Source of the DNA: an uncultured Candidatus Saccharibacteria bacterium
Lineage (GTDB): Bacteria; Patescibacteriota; Minisyncoccia; Phycocordibacterales; UBA5272
NCBI GenBank assembly: GCA_964544935.1
Contig: CAZJDZ010000004.1
Coordinates: 15,802 to 79,801, forward strand
DNA length: 64,000 nucleotides
Direction of reading: 5' to 3'
This document shows, piece after piece, positions 38,032 to 47,960 of this stretch. Position numbers and translations under genes: made by a program. The notes beneath the pieces are model-generated. The model did not search any database and was not told where the DNA came from. It worked only from the letters and a program-made list of their open reading frames with translations. Positions within the stretch are counted from its first letter, which is position 1; each line of letters begins with the position of its first letter.

Positions 38032-38736
38032 ATGAGTTCACCACAAGGTACTCAAGAGGTAAGTCATCTGTTTCTTGATATCAGTGGACCCCCATTGTCG
38101 CCCGAAGGTTCTTCTCGCAATGTTGGAAGACTGCTTCGAAACTCTCGTTTAACGATTGTCAAAATTCCAAAAGAAATTTTCTCCCCTATCCCTTTTGAAG
38201 TGACGACGAGCGAATCTACAACCTTGTTAGCTGAGAAGAATAAAGGAATCGCTGTTGGAGATATTGTTCCAAGAACAAATTCTACATTCATTAAGGATTT
38301 GTTTGTCATTGATGATGTCACTTTGATTGCTGTTACTCAGTCAGGAACAGTATTTTTGATGAGAGTGTATGGTGTGCCATACAAAAAATATACCGCAGAC
38401 GCTACGACTGTCATCGAAACACCTGCTCTCTTGGATCATTCAGGTGAAGTAGATGTTTTGTTGCCCCTTGAAGATGTTTATCTGAAAGGTAAGGATATCA
38501 GCGTGGTTCGTTTCGAACCCAAGATTTTTGAAGGAGATGCAATTAAGACATCACAGTCTGCGACAATTGTTCCCCGCACCTTGAATACAGGTGTATCAGT
38601 TGGGTTTCCTGTTCCAAAATCAGGGTCCAATACTGTTATTCAAGTCTTCCCTGTTTCATGCGATAAGGTTATTGCGATCACTGAATCTGGAGCAATGTAC
38701 TTCATCGCAAATCGAGAAAAAATTAAAAAAACATGA
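38032..38736 (+). CDS. hypothetical protein made of two tandem homologous beta domains
   Basis: Two halves each ending in IA.T.SG..(F/Y); own promoter and terminator (38760-38787). Confidence 0.75.
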   Translation: MSSPQGTQEVSHLFLDISGPPLSPEGSSRNVGRLLRNSRLTIVKIPKEIFSPIPFEVTTSESTTLLAEKNKGIAVGDIVPRTNSTFIKDLFVIDDVTLIAVTQSGTVFLMRVYGVPYKKYTADATTVIETPALLDHSGEVDVLLPLEDVYLKGKDISVVRFEPKIFEGDAIKTSQSATIVPRTLNTGVSVGFPVPKSGSNTVIQVFPVSCDKVIAITESGAMYFIANREKIKKT

Positions 38737-38823
38737 AAAGAAGTATCCATGTCTTGTGGAAGCCCGTCGCTTGCGACGGGCTTTTTATATGCCTGTTTAT
38801 GAAATTTGGTATACTTCTATACT

Positions 38824-39630
38824 ATGAAGATACTCTCATATAATGTAAATGGTATTCGCGCATCCTATAAAAAAGGTGCATTACAAAATCTTTTTAAACT
38901 AGATGCAGATATTATTGGTATTCAAGAGACAAAATCTACTCCAGATCAGTTAGATGAAGCTATTCGTGTACCACTTGGATACTTTTCATATTTTGATAGC
39001 GCAAAAGAACGCAAAGGGTACTCAGGAGTTGCTGTGTATACAAAGATGCAACCCACAAAAGTCGAGTATGGTTTAGGAGATGAACTCTATGACACAGAAG
39101 GAAGATGTCTTACGCTTCATTTTGATACATTTGCATTTGTCACTGCATATTTTCCAAACGGTGGACGAGATGAAGAACATTTTCAATTTAAACTCAGATA
39201 CTATGATAAGTTTTTGGCACATGTTAAAAAATTAGAGAAAAAATATACCCATGTTATTTTTTGTGGAGACTTAAATGTTGCCCACAATGAGATAGATCTT
39301 GCTCGTCCAAAAGAAAATAGTAAGCAAATAGGATTCTTACCTATTGAACGTGCATGGGTAGACAGAGTAATTGAATCTGGGTTCATCGACACATTTCGTA
39401 GTAAACATGAGAGTGAAGTGAGATACAGTTGGTGGGACCAGAAGACACGATCACGTGAGCGAAATGTTGGTTGGAGAATTGATTATTTTTTTGTGAGCAA
39501 GGCATGTGCGAAGCTTCTTATGTCATCAAAAACAATCGCTACAATTCTAGATGATTTTATGGGTAGTGACCATGCACCCGTGCTTCTTTCTTTTGATGAT
39601 GTTGAATTTAAAAAGGAAACAGGAAAGTAA
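38824..39630 (+). CDS. xth: exodeoxyribonuclease III / AP endonuclease
   Basis: S.NVNGIRA, QETK, GYSGVA, Y.PNG, GDLNVAH, GWRIDY, SDHAP. Confidence 0.96.
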   Translation: MKILSYNVNGIRASYKKGALQNLFKLDADIIGIQETKSTPDQLDEAIRVPLGYFSYFDSAKERKGYSGVAVYTKMQPTKVEYGLGDELYDTEGRCLTLHFDTFAFVTAYFPNGGRDEEHFQFKLRYYDKFLAHVKKLEKKYTHVIFCGDLNVAHNEIDLARPKENSKQIGFLPIERAWVDRVIESGFIDTFRSKHESEVRYSWWDQKTRSRERNVGWRIDYFFVSKACAKLLMSSKTIATILDDFMGSDHAPVLLSFDDVEFKKETGK

Positions 39631-39633
39631 ATG

Positions 39634-39670
39634 AAAAGAAATCCGCAGACGAAGTCTGCGGATTTCTTTT
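39634..39670. terminator. 17-bp palindrome with GAA triloop
   Basis: AAAAGAAATCCGCAGAC-GAA-GTCTGCGGATTTCTTTT between convergent genes. Confidence 0.78.
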
Positions 39671-39686
39671 TTCATTCTATCTTCAA

Positions 39687-40238
39687 CTATTTATCAAACA
39701 ATGATTTGATTACATTGATTACATTTTGAATGCTCCCTACTCCAGAGTCCTCTACAGTTGCTTCTGTTGAAGTTGCTTCAGCATTCTCGAGTGCGTCGTT
39801 TTGAGTCTCACGACATGCTTGTATAGTGTCTTCAAATGTTTCCCAAGCATCTTTTCGTGCCTCTGTTAAATCATTTTGAGCTTTTTTTACGAGATTTTTA
39901 TATGTGTCTACTGAGTTCTTGATTGCAACTTTTTTTGCATCTTTATCTATAATTGCGATTGCTAGCTTCTCTTTATTTTTTCTATCAGTGAGCGCATTTG
40001 CCATAGCAGTGTTGTACAGTGTTCGTGAAGAAGCAATCTGAGTGTCTCGATCCTCGATTGCTTGTTGTTGGCATTGTGTAAACAACTGTTCAGGTGTTGA
40101 TGTCGCGGTCGATGTTGCAGCTGTAGTTGTTGCAGTGATTTCCTGTATTGCAGGAGACGAAGAAGCTGCCTCTGCGTGTGCGGCAAGAGGAAGAGCAAAA
40201 AGAAGTGCTAGTTGTATATGGAGTAAATGGTTCTTCAT
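39687..40238 (-). CDS. secreted helical protein
   Basis: Signal peptide ending AHA, Thr-rich linker, Cys pair flanking a helical hairpin; start uncertain. Confidence 0.7.
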   Translation of the reverse strand: MKNHLLHIQLALLFALPLAAHAEAASSSPAIQEITATTTAATSTATSTPEQLFTQCQQQAIEDRDTQIASSRTLYNTAMANALTDRKNKEKLAIAIIDKDAKKVAIKNSVDTYKNLVKKAQNDLTEARKDAWETFEDTIQACRETQNDALENAEATSTEATVEDSGVGSIQNVINVIKSLFDK

Positions 40239-40286
40239 GGTATAAGGGTTATTCATAAAAAGTATATCGTACAACAAAAATGATTA

Positions 40287-40634
40287 CTATAAAGAGTAGT
40301 CACGAATATTGTTTCGATAGTCTTCGTCGTTAATTTGCTGCTCAAAATCCTCTACTTGTTTATCGGTCTCGTAGTATGGATTTTTATGTATGTCATTTGT
40401 GTGGACAATATATGCAGGAAGCACTGCAAAAATAATTGCAGAAAGAGTTACAACTTGAGTGATAGCCAGCCATCTATACGGGGAACGTATCGCACGTCCC
40501 TCTTTAAGTTTTTGTTGCTCTGGTATTTGAGAAAGTATTGCTTGAAAATAGGTTTCTGACGGCGATACGTTCTCCTTATACATAGCTAAGGCATCCTCGA
40601 TATGTGATTGTTGTGTTATTTTAGTTGGGTTCAT
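40287..40634 (-). CDS. putative anti-sigma factor (single TM)
   Basis: Overlaps the 3' end of the ECF sigma gene; one TM helix. Confidence 0.55.
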   Translation of the reverse strand: MNPTKITQQSHIEDALAMYKENVSPSETYFQAILSQIPEQQKLKEGRAIRSPYRWLAITQVVTLSAIIFAVLPAYIVHTNDIHKNPYYETDKQVEDFEQQINDEDYRNNIRDYSL

Positions 40635-41214
40635 GGAGATGAGACACGAGAATGCGGAGTTTTTTGAGGGCTCGCTCCTTAATCTTACGAATATATGCTT
40701 CTTCTTTTTCAATGACATCACTTATTTCTTTGTAGTTGAGTTCTGCAAAAAAATGAAGACGAATCACTTCTTGTTCATCGTCGGTGAGCGAAGGAAGAAA
40801 GGTTGTGATATGTTCAGCTAGGTGTTTGATGTGTACCTCTTCGATAATAGTTATAGTATCATCACTGTAGATTTCAAAGAGTGTTTCATCAAAAGACTCA
40901 AAGGTCTTCTTTTCTTTATGGTTAATGAGTAACCGTTTTGCTATCGTAAAGAGATATGCAAGCGGAGATTTCTCTGGTTCATAAGAACCAAGAGCTTCAT
41001 AAAACTTCAGAAACGTTTGTTGACAAATATCATTCGCAAGCTCAACGTCATGACTTTTGGAAATGACGTACCTATACAGAGGAACATAGAGTGTGCTATA
41101 CAAAGCCCCAAAGGCTTCAGTATCCCCTTTCTTTGCTTGTAGAATAAGCTTCTTGAGAGCACTATGATCCCCTGCATCTACTATAACAGGTGAGGAGTTA
41201 TTTTGTGACAGCAT
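40621..41214 (-). CDS. ECF-family RNA polymerase sigma factor
   Basis: GD..AF..LY, A.D..Q.TFLK, YLF.IA, L...EQEVI.L.F...L.YKEI. Confidence 0.9.
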   Translation of the reverse strand: MLSQNNSSPVIVDAGDHSALKKLILQAKKGDTEAFGALYSTLYVPLYRYVISKSHDVELANDICQQTFLKFYEALGSYEPEKSPLAYLFTIAKRLLINHKEKKTFESFDETLFEIYSDDTITIIEEVHIKHLAEHITTFLPSLTDDEQEVIRLHFFAELNYKEISDVIEKEEAYIRKIKERALKKLRILVSHLHEPN

Positions 41215-42325
41215 CGATGCCTGGTAGTGTACCAGATACCAAGAAATCAAGCATCGCACCTCCACCTAATGAAACAAAAGTAAATTTATCAAGGAGATGT
41301 AGTGTATTTGCAACAGACACAGTATCTCCTCCGCCAATATATGAAGTTACTGAAGAGTTTGCGAGATTAACAAGAATCCTTTCACTTCCATGAAGCCACC
41401 CTTTTTCGTAGAGTCCAAGAGGACCGTTTGCAATCACTGTATTTGAAAGTCCTACCAGATTATTAACCATATCAGTTGTCTTTGTTCCACAGTCAACTAC
41501 TACACCATCTTTTGGAATATGTTCTACATCAACAGTTTCACCGTTTGCAAGAACAACATCGGTTGGAGTGATGAGAAGCGGATGATTCACAAAACTTTCA
41601 GGAAGATGATATTCAGGATCATAGAGACTTTCCCCAATTTCAATACCGCGTTCTTTCCAGATATTATGCACCATAGCACCGCCGACAAATACTTGAACAC
41701 CTTGATTTAAGTATTGCTTAATAAGATCAAGTTTTGTTGAAATCTTAGCACCTCCAATAATCATGAGTGCTGGTTGCACAGGAGTGAGAGCCTTTGTGAG
41801 ATTTTCGAGCTCATGTTCAAATGTCGGACCAAAATATGAGAGTCTATGTTCTGGGATCCCCACGACACTTGCATGCTTGCGATGAGCAACCGAAAAGGCA
41901 TTGTTGATAAACACATCTCCTAGTTCTGCAAATGATTGTGCAAGTGTCGGACTATTATCTGTTTCACCTTCAAAAAGTCGAACGTTTTCAAGAAGTATTG
42001 CATCTCCTAGTGCAAGCGAAGACACTGAAGCTTGAATGGCTGCAAAATCAAATGTTGGTGTAAAGGTGATAAAAGGAAGTTTTTTTGTTGCATGATTAGC
42101 AATCGGAGTTAAGCTCTCCCCTTTTTCTCCATAATGTGTGAGGAGAATTATTTTTGCTCCAGCGTGTGAAAGATTATTAAGAAATTCTACAGTCACATCA
42201 AATCTACTCGTGTCAGTAACAACACCATCAGTAACCGGCATGTTCCAATCAAGACGCACAATAACTCGCTTATCTCTAAGTGTTCGTAAATCAGGAGCAC
42301 AGTGTTGTTGCCAGTTTGTATTCAT
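41198..42325 (-). CDS. pgk: phosphoglycerate kinase (divergent)
   Basis: R.D.N.P, LLENVR, NAF..AHR.HAS, GGAKIS.K, NGPLG..E, GGGDT, S.GGGA.L. Confidence 0.92.
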   Translation of the reverse strand: MNTNWQQHCAPDLRTLRDKRVIVRLDWNMPVTDGVVTDTSRFDVTVEFLNNLSHAGAKIILLTHYGEKGESLTPIANHATKKLPFITFTPTFDFAAIQASVSSLALGDAILLENVRLFEGETDNSPTLAQSFAELGDVFINNAFSVAHRKHASVVGIPEHRLSYFGPTFEHELENLTKALTPVQPALMIIGGAKISTKLDLIKQYLNQGVQVFVGGAMVHNIWKERGIEIGESLYDPEYHLPESFVNHPLLITPTDVVLANGETVDVEHIPKDGVVVDCGTKTTDMVNNLVGLSNTVIANGPLGLYEKGWLHGSERILVNLANSSVTSYIGGGDTVSVANTLHLLDKFTFVSLGGGAMLDFLVSGTLPGIDAVTK

Positions 42326-42340
42326 ATGAAGTAGCTTATG

Positions 42341-43117
42341 TTATTTTTGTGTATACACTGCATTGAGTATATCAACAAACGTAGAGACTTCTTGTGAACT
42401 TCTTCCAATCAAGAGTCCATCTACTCCCCCTTCCTCCAAAAATGCTTTTGCATTATCTTTAGAAACTGTACCACCGTAAAGAATCTGCACTTTTTTTGCG
42501 TAATCAATTCCGCCAAGTGATGCAAGTGCACGTCTAATTGCAATCACTGCTTCGAAGCATTCACTTGCAGTTGCGGGCACTGCTCCTCCAATTGCCCACA
42601 CTGGTTCGTATGCAACAATAAGATTCGAGAAAAGTTCTCGTTTTACTAAAGAGAGAGTATTTTTTACATCGTTTTCAAGCTCTTCGAGGTATTTACCTTC
42701 TTTGTCACGCTTGTGCTCGCCAAAACAAAGTATTGTAGTAAGTTTTATGTGGAGTGCGTTTGCTACTTTTTGAGCACGAGCTTCCACAGTTTCACCAAGT
42801 TTTCTTACTTCGCTATGACCAATAATAGTAAAGTCTGCCCCTCCTGATTGCAATTGTGAAGGGATTTCCATTCCTGTGTGCTGGCCAAGTTCAAGTCCAG
42901 ATACGTTTTCTGCCCCGATATACCCTCTCTTTGCATGAGGAATTAAGTGAGGGATAAAAATATCAGGTGCTGCGATGAAGTATGCTTTTTTAGGAATTTT
43001 ATTTTTTGAAGTAGCAATTTTTTTTTCGAGTTGCTTAATAAATTTGATCCCTTCTTCTTTTGTTCTTGGTGTTGATTTCCAGTTACCAACAATAATTGGT
43101 GAGGTGCGTTTTATCAT
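42341..43117 (-). CDS. tpiA: triosephosphate isomerase
   Basis: GNWK, IGHSE.R, AYEPVWAIG, LYGG.V, DGLLIG. Confidence 0.93.
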   Translation of the reverse strand: MIKRTSPIIVGNWKSTPRTKEEGIKFIKQLEKKIATSKNKIPKKAYFIAAPDIFIPHLIPHAKRGYIGAENVSGLELGQHTGMEIPSQLQSGGADFTIIGHSEVRKLGETVEARAQKVANALHIKLTTILCFGEHKRDKEGKYLEELENDVKNTLSLVKRELFSNLIVAYEPVWAIGGAVPATASECFEAVIAIRRALASLGGIDYAKKVQILYGGTVSKDNAKAFLEEGGVDGLLIGRSSQEVSTFVDILNAVYTQK

Positions 43118-43200
43118 AAAAAAGAGTATAGCATGTTCATTTTTTCTTTCCCTGTTTTCCGCGTATAGTTAGAGACATCAATGATATACTTGAGATTAAT

Positions 43201-44823
43201 ATGTCAGAAACAATTTCGAAAACTCCTCAATCTTTTTATAAATCAATTATTCATTTTTTTGCACGTCATAAAACATACACAGCTATCCTTTTTGTGGTAG
43301 CGGTCGTCATTATTTTCTTTGCACTTTTTTCTACACCAAAATCACAAAAAGAAAGTTATACAGTGGCTTTTGGTCCGCTTAAACAGTACGTGAAGATTTC
43401 TGGTCAAGTAGAATCATCAAAAGATGCAAACCTCTCTTTTCAAACCGTTGGAGCAGTTGCTTTTGTTGGTGTAAAAACAGGTGATACAGTCGAGCAAGGG
43501 AAAGTTCTCGCCACCCTATCGGCAGGAGATGCACAAGCTACATTGCTACAAGCACAAGCAAATCTTTCTAATGCACAAGCTGTTCTTGCACAATTACAGC
43601 AAGGTGCTCGCCCCGAAGAAATAGCAATTAAACAGCAAGCAGTAGATAACGCAAAAAGTTCCCTCGATCAAGCATATAACACACTTCCTGATGCGATTCA
43701 AAATGTTGACGCTACAACAGCAGATATTGTTAAAAATAAGTTCTCATCACTTTTTTTCTTAAGTAATGGAGCGTATCATCTTTCGTTTAGTTCATGTGAT
43801 CAGCGTCTTCAGGGAGAAATAGAAATTAAGCGTACGAATCTCGAAAGCACGCTTGCTGATTTTCAAACTAAAAGTTCTGTCATTACTTCTCTTTCTTCAA
43901 CACAAGCAATAGATGTTGCTTTTGACGAAGCGTACAAGGCAGCAATTGCAACCAACGATCTTGTGAACGCACTCTCCAATCTCCTCCTTGCTCCATGTAG
44001 CGCAGGCAATATAAGTCTTGATGGATACAGAGCAACACTCTCTACAGTAAAAGTAAGCATGACAGCACTCTTCTCTGATATTACTGTGAAAAGAAGCGCT
44101 CTTATTACCGCAAAGAATACCTTCAATCAAGCTTCTCGTGACCTTGATCTTACACAAGCAGGAACTGATCCGTATAGAGTTAAAGCACAAGCTGCATCAG
44201 TTTCTCAAGCAGAAGCGCAAGTTGCTTCTGCTCGCTCCGGACTTTCAAAAACAATTATTACAGCCCCTTTCAAAGGCGTGATCAGTAATATTGATCTCTC
44301 ACTTGGAGAGACAGTGACACTTGGAAAGACTGTTGTGAGCATGCTTGCAACGGATGGTTTTGAAATTGAAGCAAAAGTTCCAGAAGCTGATATTGTAAAA
44401 GTAAAAATTGGAGCAGATGTTGATGTAACGCTCGATGCATACGGCAAGGATAGTATTTTCCCTGCAAAAATTACGCGCATTAATCCGACTGCAACTACAG
44501 AAGGAACTGTTCCTGTTTACAAAGTAATTGTTACGTTTCTTGGGAAAGATGAACGTATTAGACAAGGGATGACTGCAAACGTGCAGATTATCACTGAATC
44601 AAAATCAAAAGTAATCGCAATCCCTGCTCGCTTTGTAAAAGTAAATACTGTTGATGAAGGAACAGTAACTGTGTTTGCGCAAGGAAAAGAAGAAAACAAA
44701 TCTGTTCGTTTAGGTATCAGAGGAGTTGATGGATTGATTGAAATTACAAGCGGACTTTTTGAGGGTGATGTAGTTCTCTCACCCTCTACTACAGATCGTC
44801 AGGCACAAAAACAAACTAATTAA
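43201..44823 (+). CDS. MacA/HlyD-like periplasmic adaptor (membrane fusion protein)
   Basis: N-terminal TM, lipoyl half-motifs VKTGD.V..G and I.APF.G.I, long coiled coil, GMTA.V. Confidence 0.9.
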   Translation: MSETISKTPQSFYKSIIHFFARHKTYTAILFVVAVVIIFFALFSTPKSQKESYTVAFGPLKQYVKISGQVESSKDANLSFQTVGAVAFVGVKTGDTVEQGKVLATLSAGDAQATLLQAQANLSNAQAVLAQLQQGARPEEIAIKQQAVDNAKSSLDQAYNTLPDAIQNVDATTADIVKNKFSSLFFLSNGAYHLSFSSCDQRLQGEIEIKRTNLESTLADFQTKSSVITSLSSTQAIDVAFDEAYKAAIATNDLVNALSNLLLAPCSAGNISLDGYRATLSTVKVSMTALFSDITVKRSALITAKNTFNQASRDLDLTQAGTDPYRVKAQAASVSQAEAQVASARSGLSKTIITAPFKGVISNIDLSLGETVTLGKTVVSMLATDGFEIEAKVPEADIVKVKIGADVDVTLDAYGKDSIFPAKITRINPTATTEGTVPVYKVIVTFLGKDERIRQGMTANVQIITESKSKVIAIPARFVKVNTVDEGTVTVFAQGKEENKSVRLGIRGVDGLIEITSGLFEGDVVLSPSTTDRQAQKQTN

Positions 44824-44828
44824 TTTTT

Positions 44829-46151
44829 ATGAAGTCTTTTTTTAACACGATTTCGTTAGGATTCTTTCTCGCGATTCGTCAGGTAACACGGTCAAGTAAG
44901 TGGGCAACATCCCTCATCGTGTTTATCATGATGCTTACATTTCTTAACCTTGTAGCAACGAGTGGTTTTCTTGTGGGTATTGTCGAAGGAGCATCTCGTG
45001 CTTTTAAAGAACAATGGACAGGAGATCTCATGATTGTGAATCGCAATGAGAAAACATATATCGAACATACAAATGATATTGTCGAAGTGCTCTCATCATT
45101 TCCGCAGATTGATAGTTATACAACACGTATTGTTGCTGGTGCAAAAGTAGAAGCAAACTGGTGGGAGAAGCGCACAGAAGAAGATGCAAATATTGTATCT
45201 AACCAAATTGCTGGAATCGATCCAGCGCAAGAAGATAGAACAACACATCTCTCAGAAGCAGTTGTCGAAGGAGAGTGGTTGCAAGAAGGAGATACAAATG
45301 GCATCGTTCTGGGGTCTGGATATCTTGATAAATATTCTCGTGTACGTGACCTAGTATCACTACTACGTGATGTCGAACCTGGAACAACTGTGAGAGTTAC
45401 TGTTTCTGGCGCTAAAGTAACTGTTAATCCAGGAAATGAAGGTCAGGAACTTGCTAGTACTATTGATCAAAATACTGCCGTTACTAAAGATTTTATTGTA
45501 CGAGGTATTGTTGATTCAAAAGTAGCGTTTGTTTCTTCTCGAGCATATATTCTTGATAGTGAACTTAAAAAAATGCTTGGCAAAACTGAAGGAGATGTAT
45601 CAGAGATTGCCATTGTTATGAAAGAAGGTGTCGATCCATATGAAGTCAAAACCCCACTTCTTAATAATGGTTTTGGCGAGTATGCAAAAATCAATACAGC
45701 AGAAGAAGGCTCCCCTGACTTTCTTGTAAGCATCAAACTTTTCTTTAATGTGATTGGGACAATTCTTGGTTCTGTTTCTGTGGTTGTAGCACTCATCACT
45801 ATTTTTATTATCATTTATATCAACGCACTTACTCGTCGCCGACAGATTGGTATCATGAAAGCGGTTGGAGTAACTGAGTTTGCTATTGAATTTAGTTATA
45901 TCTGTCAGGCGCTTTTCTATGTATTTGTTGGTTCAGGAATTGCACTGGTGATTATTTTTGCATTTCTTAAACCGCTTATTGATGCTCATCCGATAGATAC
46001 ACCATTTGCGCTTATTGTACTTGTTGCAGAACCGGCATCTGTTGCGCTTAAATTTTTACTCGTGATGGTTGTGTCAGTATTTGCTGGGTACTTGCCTGCA
46101 CGATTTATTGTAAGCACTAACACACTTAACGCTATCCTAGGAAGAAATTAA
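44829..46151 (+). CDS. ABC transporter permease, FtsX/MacB/LolE type
   Basis: TM-large loop-3TM layout, RRRQIGIMKAVG, YLPAR. Confidence 0.9.
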   Translation: MKSFFNTISLGFFLAIRQVTRSSKWATSLIVFIMMLTFLNLVATSGFLVGIVEGASRAFKEQWTGDLMIVNRNEKTYIEHTNDIVEVLSSFPQIDSYTTRIVAGAKVEANWWEKRTEEDANIVSNQIAGIDPAQEDRTTHLSEAVVEGEWLQEGDTNGIVLGSGYLDKYSRVRDLVSLLRDVEPGTTVRVTVSGAKVTVNPGNEGQELASTIDQNTAVTKDFIVRGIVDSKVAFVSSRAYILDSELKKMLGKTEGDVSEIAIVMKEGVDPYEVKTPLLNNGFGEYAKINTAEEGSPDFLVSIKLFFNVIGTILGSVSVVVALITIFIIIYINALTRRRQIGIMKAVGVTEFAIEFSYICQALFYVFVGSGIALVIIFAFLKPLIDAHPIDTPFALIVLVAEPASVALKFLLVMVVSVFAGYLPARFIVSTNTLNAILGRN

Positions 46152-46161
46152 TTGTACATCT

Positions 46162-46860
46162 ATGACAACACACACCAGAGAAGCAAAAGAAATGATTATT
46201 GATATACGAGATATCACCAAGAGTTTTACCGATGGAGATACAGTGACACAAGTGCTTAAAGGTATTAACCTTACCGTAGAAAAAGGTGAGTTCGTGGCAA
46301 TCATGGGACGCTCAGGAGCTGGCAAGTCCACCCTCCTCTATCAGATGTCCCTTCTTGATACTCCAACAACTGGTTCTATACGATTAGATGGTAGAGTCGT
46401 TGATGATTTTGGAAATGCAGAAAAAACAAAGTTTCGTCTTCGCGAGCTTGGGTATGTATTTCAGGACTACTCTCTTCTTCCAGAACTTACTGCACTAGAG
46501 AACATTATGGTCCCTCTTCTTATGCAAGGTGTTAGTATGAAGGCCGCAAAATCTCGCGCAGAGGAAGCTCTGACAAGTGTGAACTTGGTACATCGTAAAG
46601 ACAACCTCCCACCAGAATTATCCGGTGGTGAGCAGCAGCGTGTGTCAATTGCGCGCGCTATCACTCATAAGCCAAAGATTGTTTTTGCTGATGAACCAAC
46701 TGCTAACTTAGATACGTTTTCATCAAAGCTCGTTATGGATATTTTCAGAAAGTTAAATAAAGAAGATGGGCTTACTATTGTGATGGTGACGCACGAAGAA
46801 GATTATGGAAAGTTAGCTGATAGAATTATTAGATTGTCGGACGGTGTTGTGGTGAAGTAG
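46162..46860 (+). CDS. ABC transporter ATP-binding protein, LolD/MacB type
   Basis: GRSGAGKST, LSGGEQQRV, ADEPT.NLD, MVTH. Confidence 0.95.
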   Translation: MTTHTREAKEMIIDIRDITKSFTDGDTVTQVLKGINLTVEKGEFVAIMGRSGAGKSTLLYQMSLLDTPTTGSIRLDGRVVDDFGNAEKTKFRLRELGYVFQDYSLLPELTALENIMVPLLMQGVSMKAAKSRAEEALTSVNLVHRKDNLPPELSGGEQQRVSIARAITHKPKIVFADEPTANLDTFSSKLVMDIFRKLNKEDGLTIVMVTHEEDYGKLADRIIRLSDGVVVK

Positions 46861-46867
46861 TTAAGCC

Positions 46868-46914
46868 GCGGAAAGTTGCGGAAAGTTGCGGAATGAACGC
46901 GGACTAATGCGGAA
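46868..46914 (+). repeat. five GCGGA units at 10-11 bp period
   Basis: GCGGAAAGTT GCGGAAAGTT GCGGAATGAAC GCGGACTAAT GCGGAA. Confidence 0.8.
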
Positions 46915-47127
46915 GTATCATTCGGAGGAAGTGGCTCCGTTACGATCCCTGCTCGTGGAGCACTAAAAAATATTTATAAATTGTATAGATATTTTTGGTA
47001 TAAGTTAGGTAGGAACCTAACTCACAAAATATTTTTTGATTTAAACATAAAAGTGTTGTAGTGTATCTGCAACGGGTTACGCCTACCCATTCAATTAGGC
47101 GAATTCTATAATTTCTGGAGATGAATT

Positions 47128-47376
47128 GTGGCAGATGACACAAAATACACCATGCTTTTGGACGAAGGTGCAAAACTTGAAGTTGATCGGCTTCAAAGAG
47201 TCTACAGTTTAGAGACCTTAGAGACCAAGGCGGACGTCTATGATCTTGGTCTACGAGTCCTTCTTTGGATGACACAACAACAAGTTCAAGGTCGTGAATT
47301 TGGGTGTTACAGTGAAGAAGAGTTTCGACCACTTATCCTTCCTGTAACTTTGGACAAAAACAAATGGGTAAACTAA
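47128..47376 (+). CDS. small protein, probable ribbon-helix-helix (CopG-like) DNA-binding fold
   Basis: GGAGA SD before GTG; strand YTMLL then helices (..EVDRLQ.., TKADV...GLR.L); terminator at 47392-47423. Confidence 0.6.
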   Translation: MADDTKYTMLLDEGAKLEVDRLQRVYSLETLETKADVYDLGLRVLLWMTQQQVQGREFGCYSEEEFRPLILPVTLDKNKWVN

Positions 47377-47456
47377 ATTATCTACACCACCGAAAGCCAC
47401 CGCGCGTCGGTGGCTTTCTTTTTATATAGTTACTCTCAATCTTGTTTCACATAATA

Positions 47457-47485
47457 GTTCTAAATCTGTGTACTTTGTGGAGCAC
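47457..47485 (+). repeat. 29-bp repeated site, copy A
   Basis: GTTCTAAATCTGTGTACTTTGTGGAGCAC, directly followed by TTGAAA-17-TATTAT. Confidence 0.75.
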
Positions 47486-47542
47486 TTGAAAAACACACAA
47501 GATCATTGTATTATGTGTGTCTTGTTCGTTTAGGAGAAAATT

Positions 47543-47818
47543 GTGAAACTTGCTGAAATCAAAATCGAAGGCGACGGTATAGTCATGGACCATAATTTCC
47601 CTTGTCCTTGCTGTGGAAAGCGTGCAGCAATTCTCGAAGGAGGACAGTTCAACCCCTGCTACTCATGTCAAGCAGAGGGACTCAACATTGTGAACCTTGT
47701 GAAGTCCCGGCCTTGGTGGATTCCGTTGAAGTTGTGGGAGCAATACTTCGGTGTAAACACATCATCGGCAAAAAGAAACAAGTCGTTCTTCTACAAAGAA
47801 ATGTCTTCAGTAATCTAA
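47543..47818 (+). CDS. small CxxC...CxxC zinc-ribbon protein
   Basis: AGGAG SD before GTG; CPCC and CYSC; hairpin 47818-47851 follows. Confidence 0.7.
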   Translation: MKLAEIKIEGDGIVMDHNFPCPCCGKRAAILEGGQFNPCYSCQAEGLNIVNLVKSRPWWIPLKLWEQYFGVNTSSAKRNKSFFYKEMSSVI

Positions 47819-47897
47819 CCGTCTTTCAACGAAACCGTTGGAGGGCGGTTTCTTGTTTTATGTGCCCATCACATGCTCAAATTTCCTCCAATCAAAC

Positions 47898-47926
47898 GTT
47901 CTGAATCTGTGTACCATTTGGAGAAC
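47898..47926 (+). repeat. 29-bp repeated site, copy B
   Basis: GTTCTGAATCTGTGTACCATTTGGAGAAC, directly followed by TTGACA-16-TATACT. Confidence 0.78.
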
Positions 47927-47960
47927 TTGACAAATTATAACAATATGATATACTTAATTT

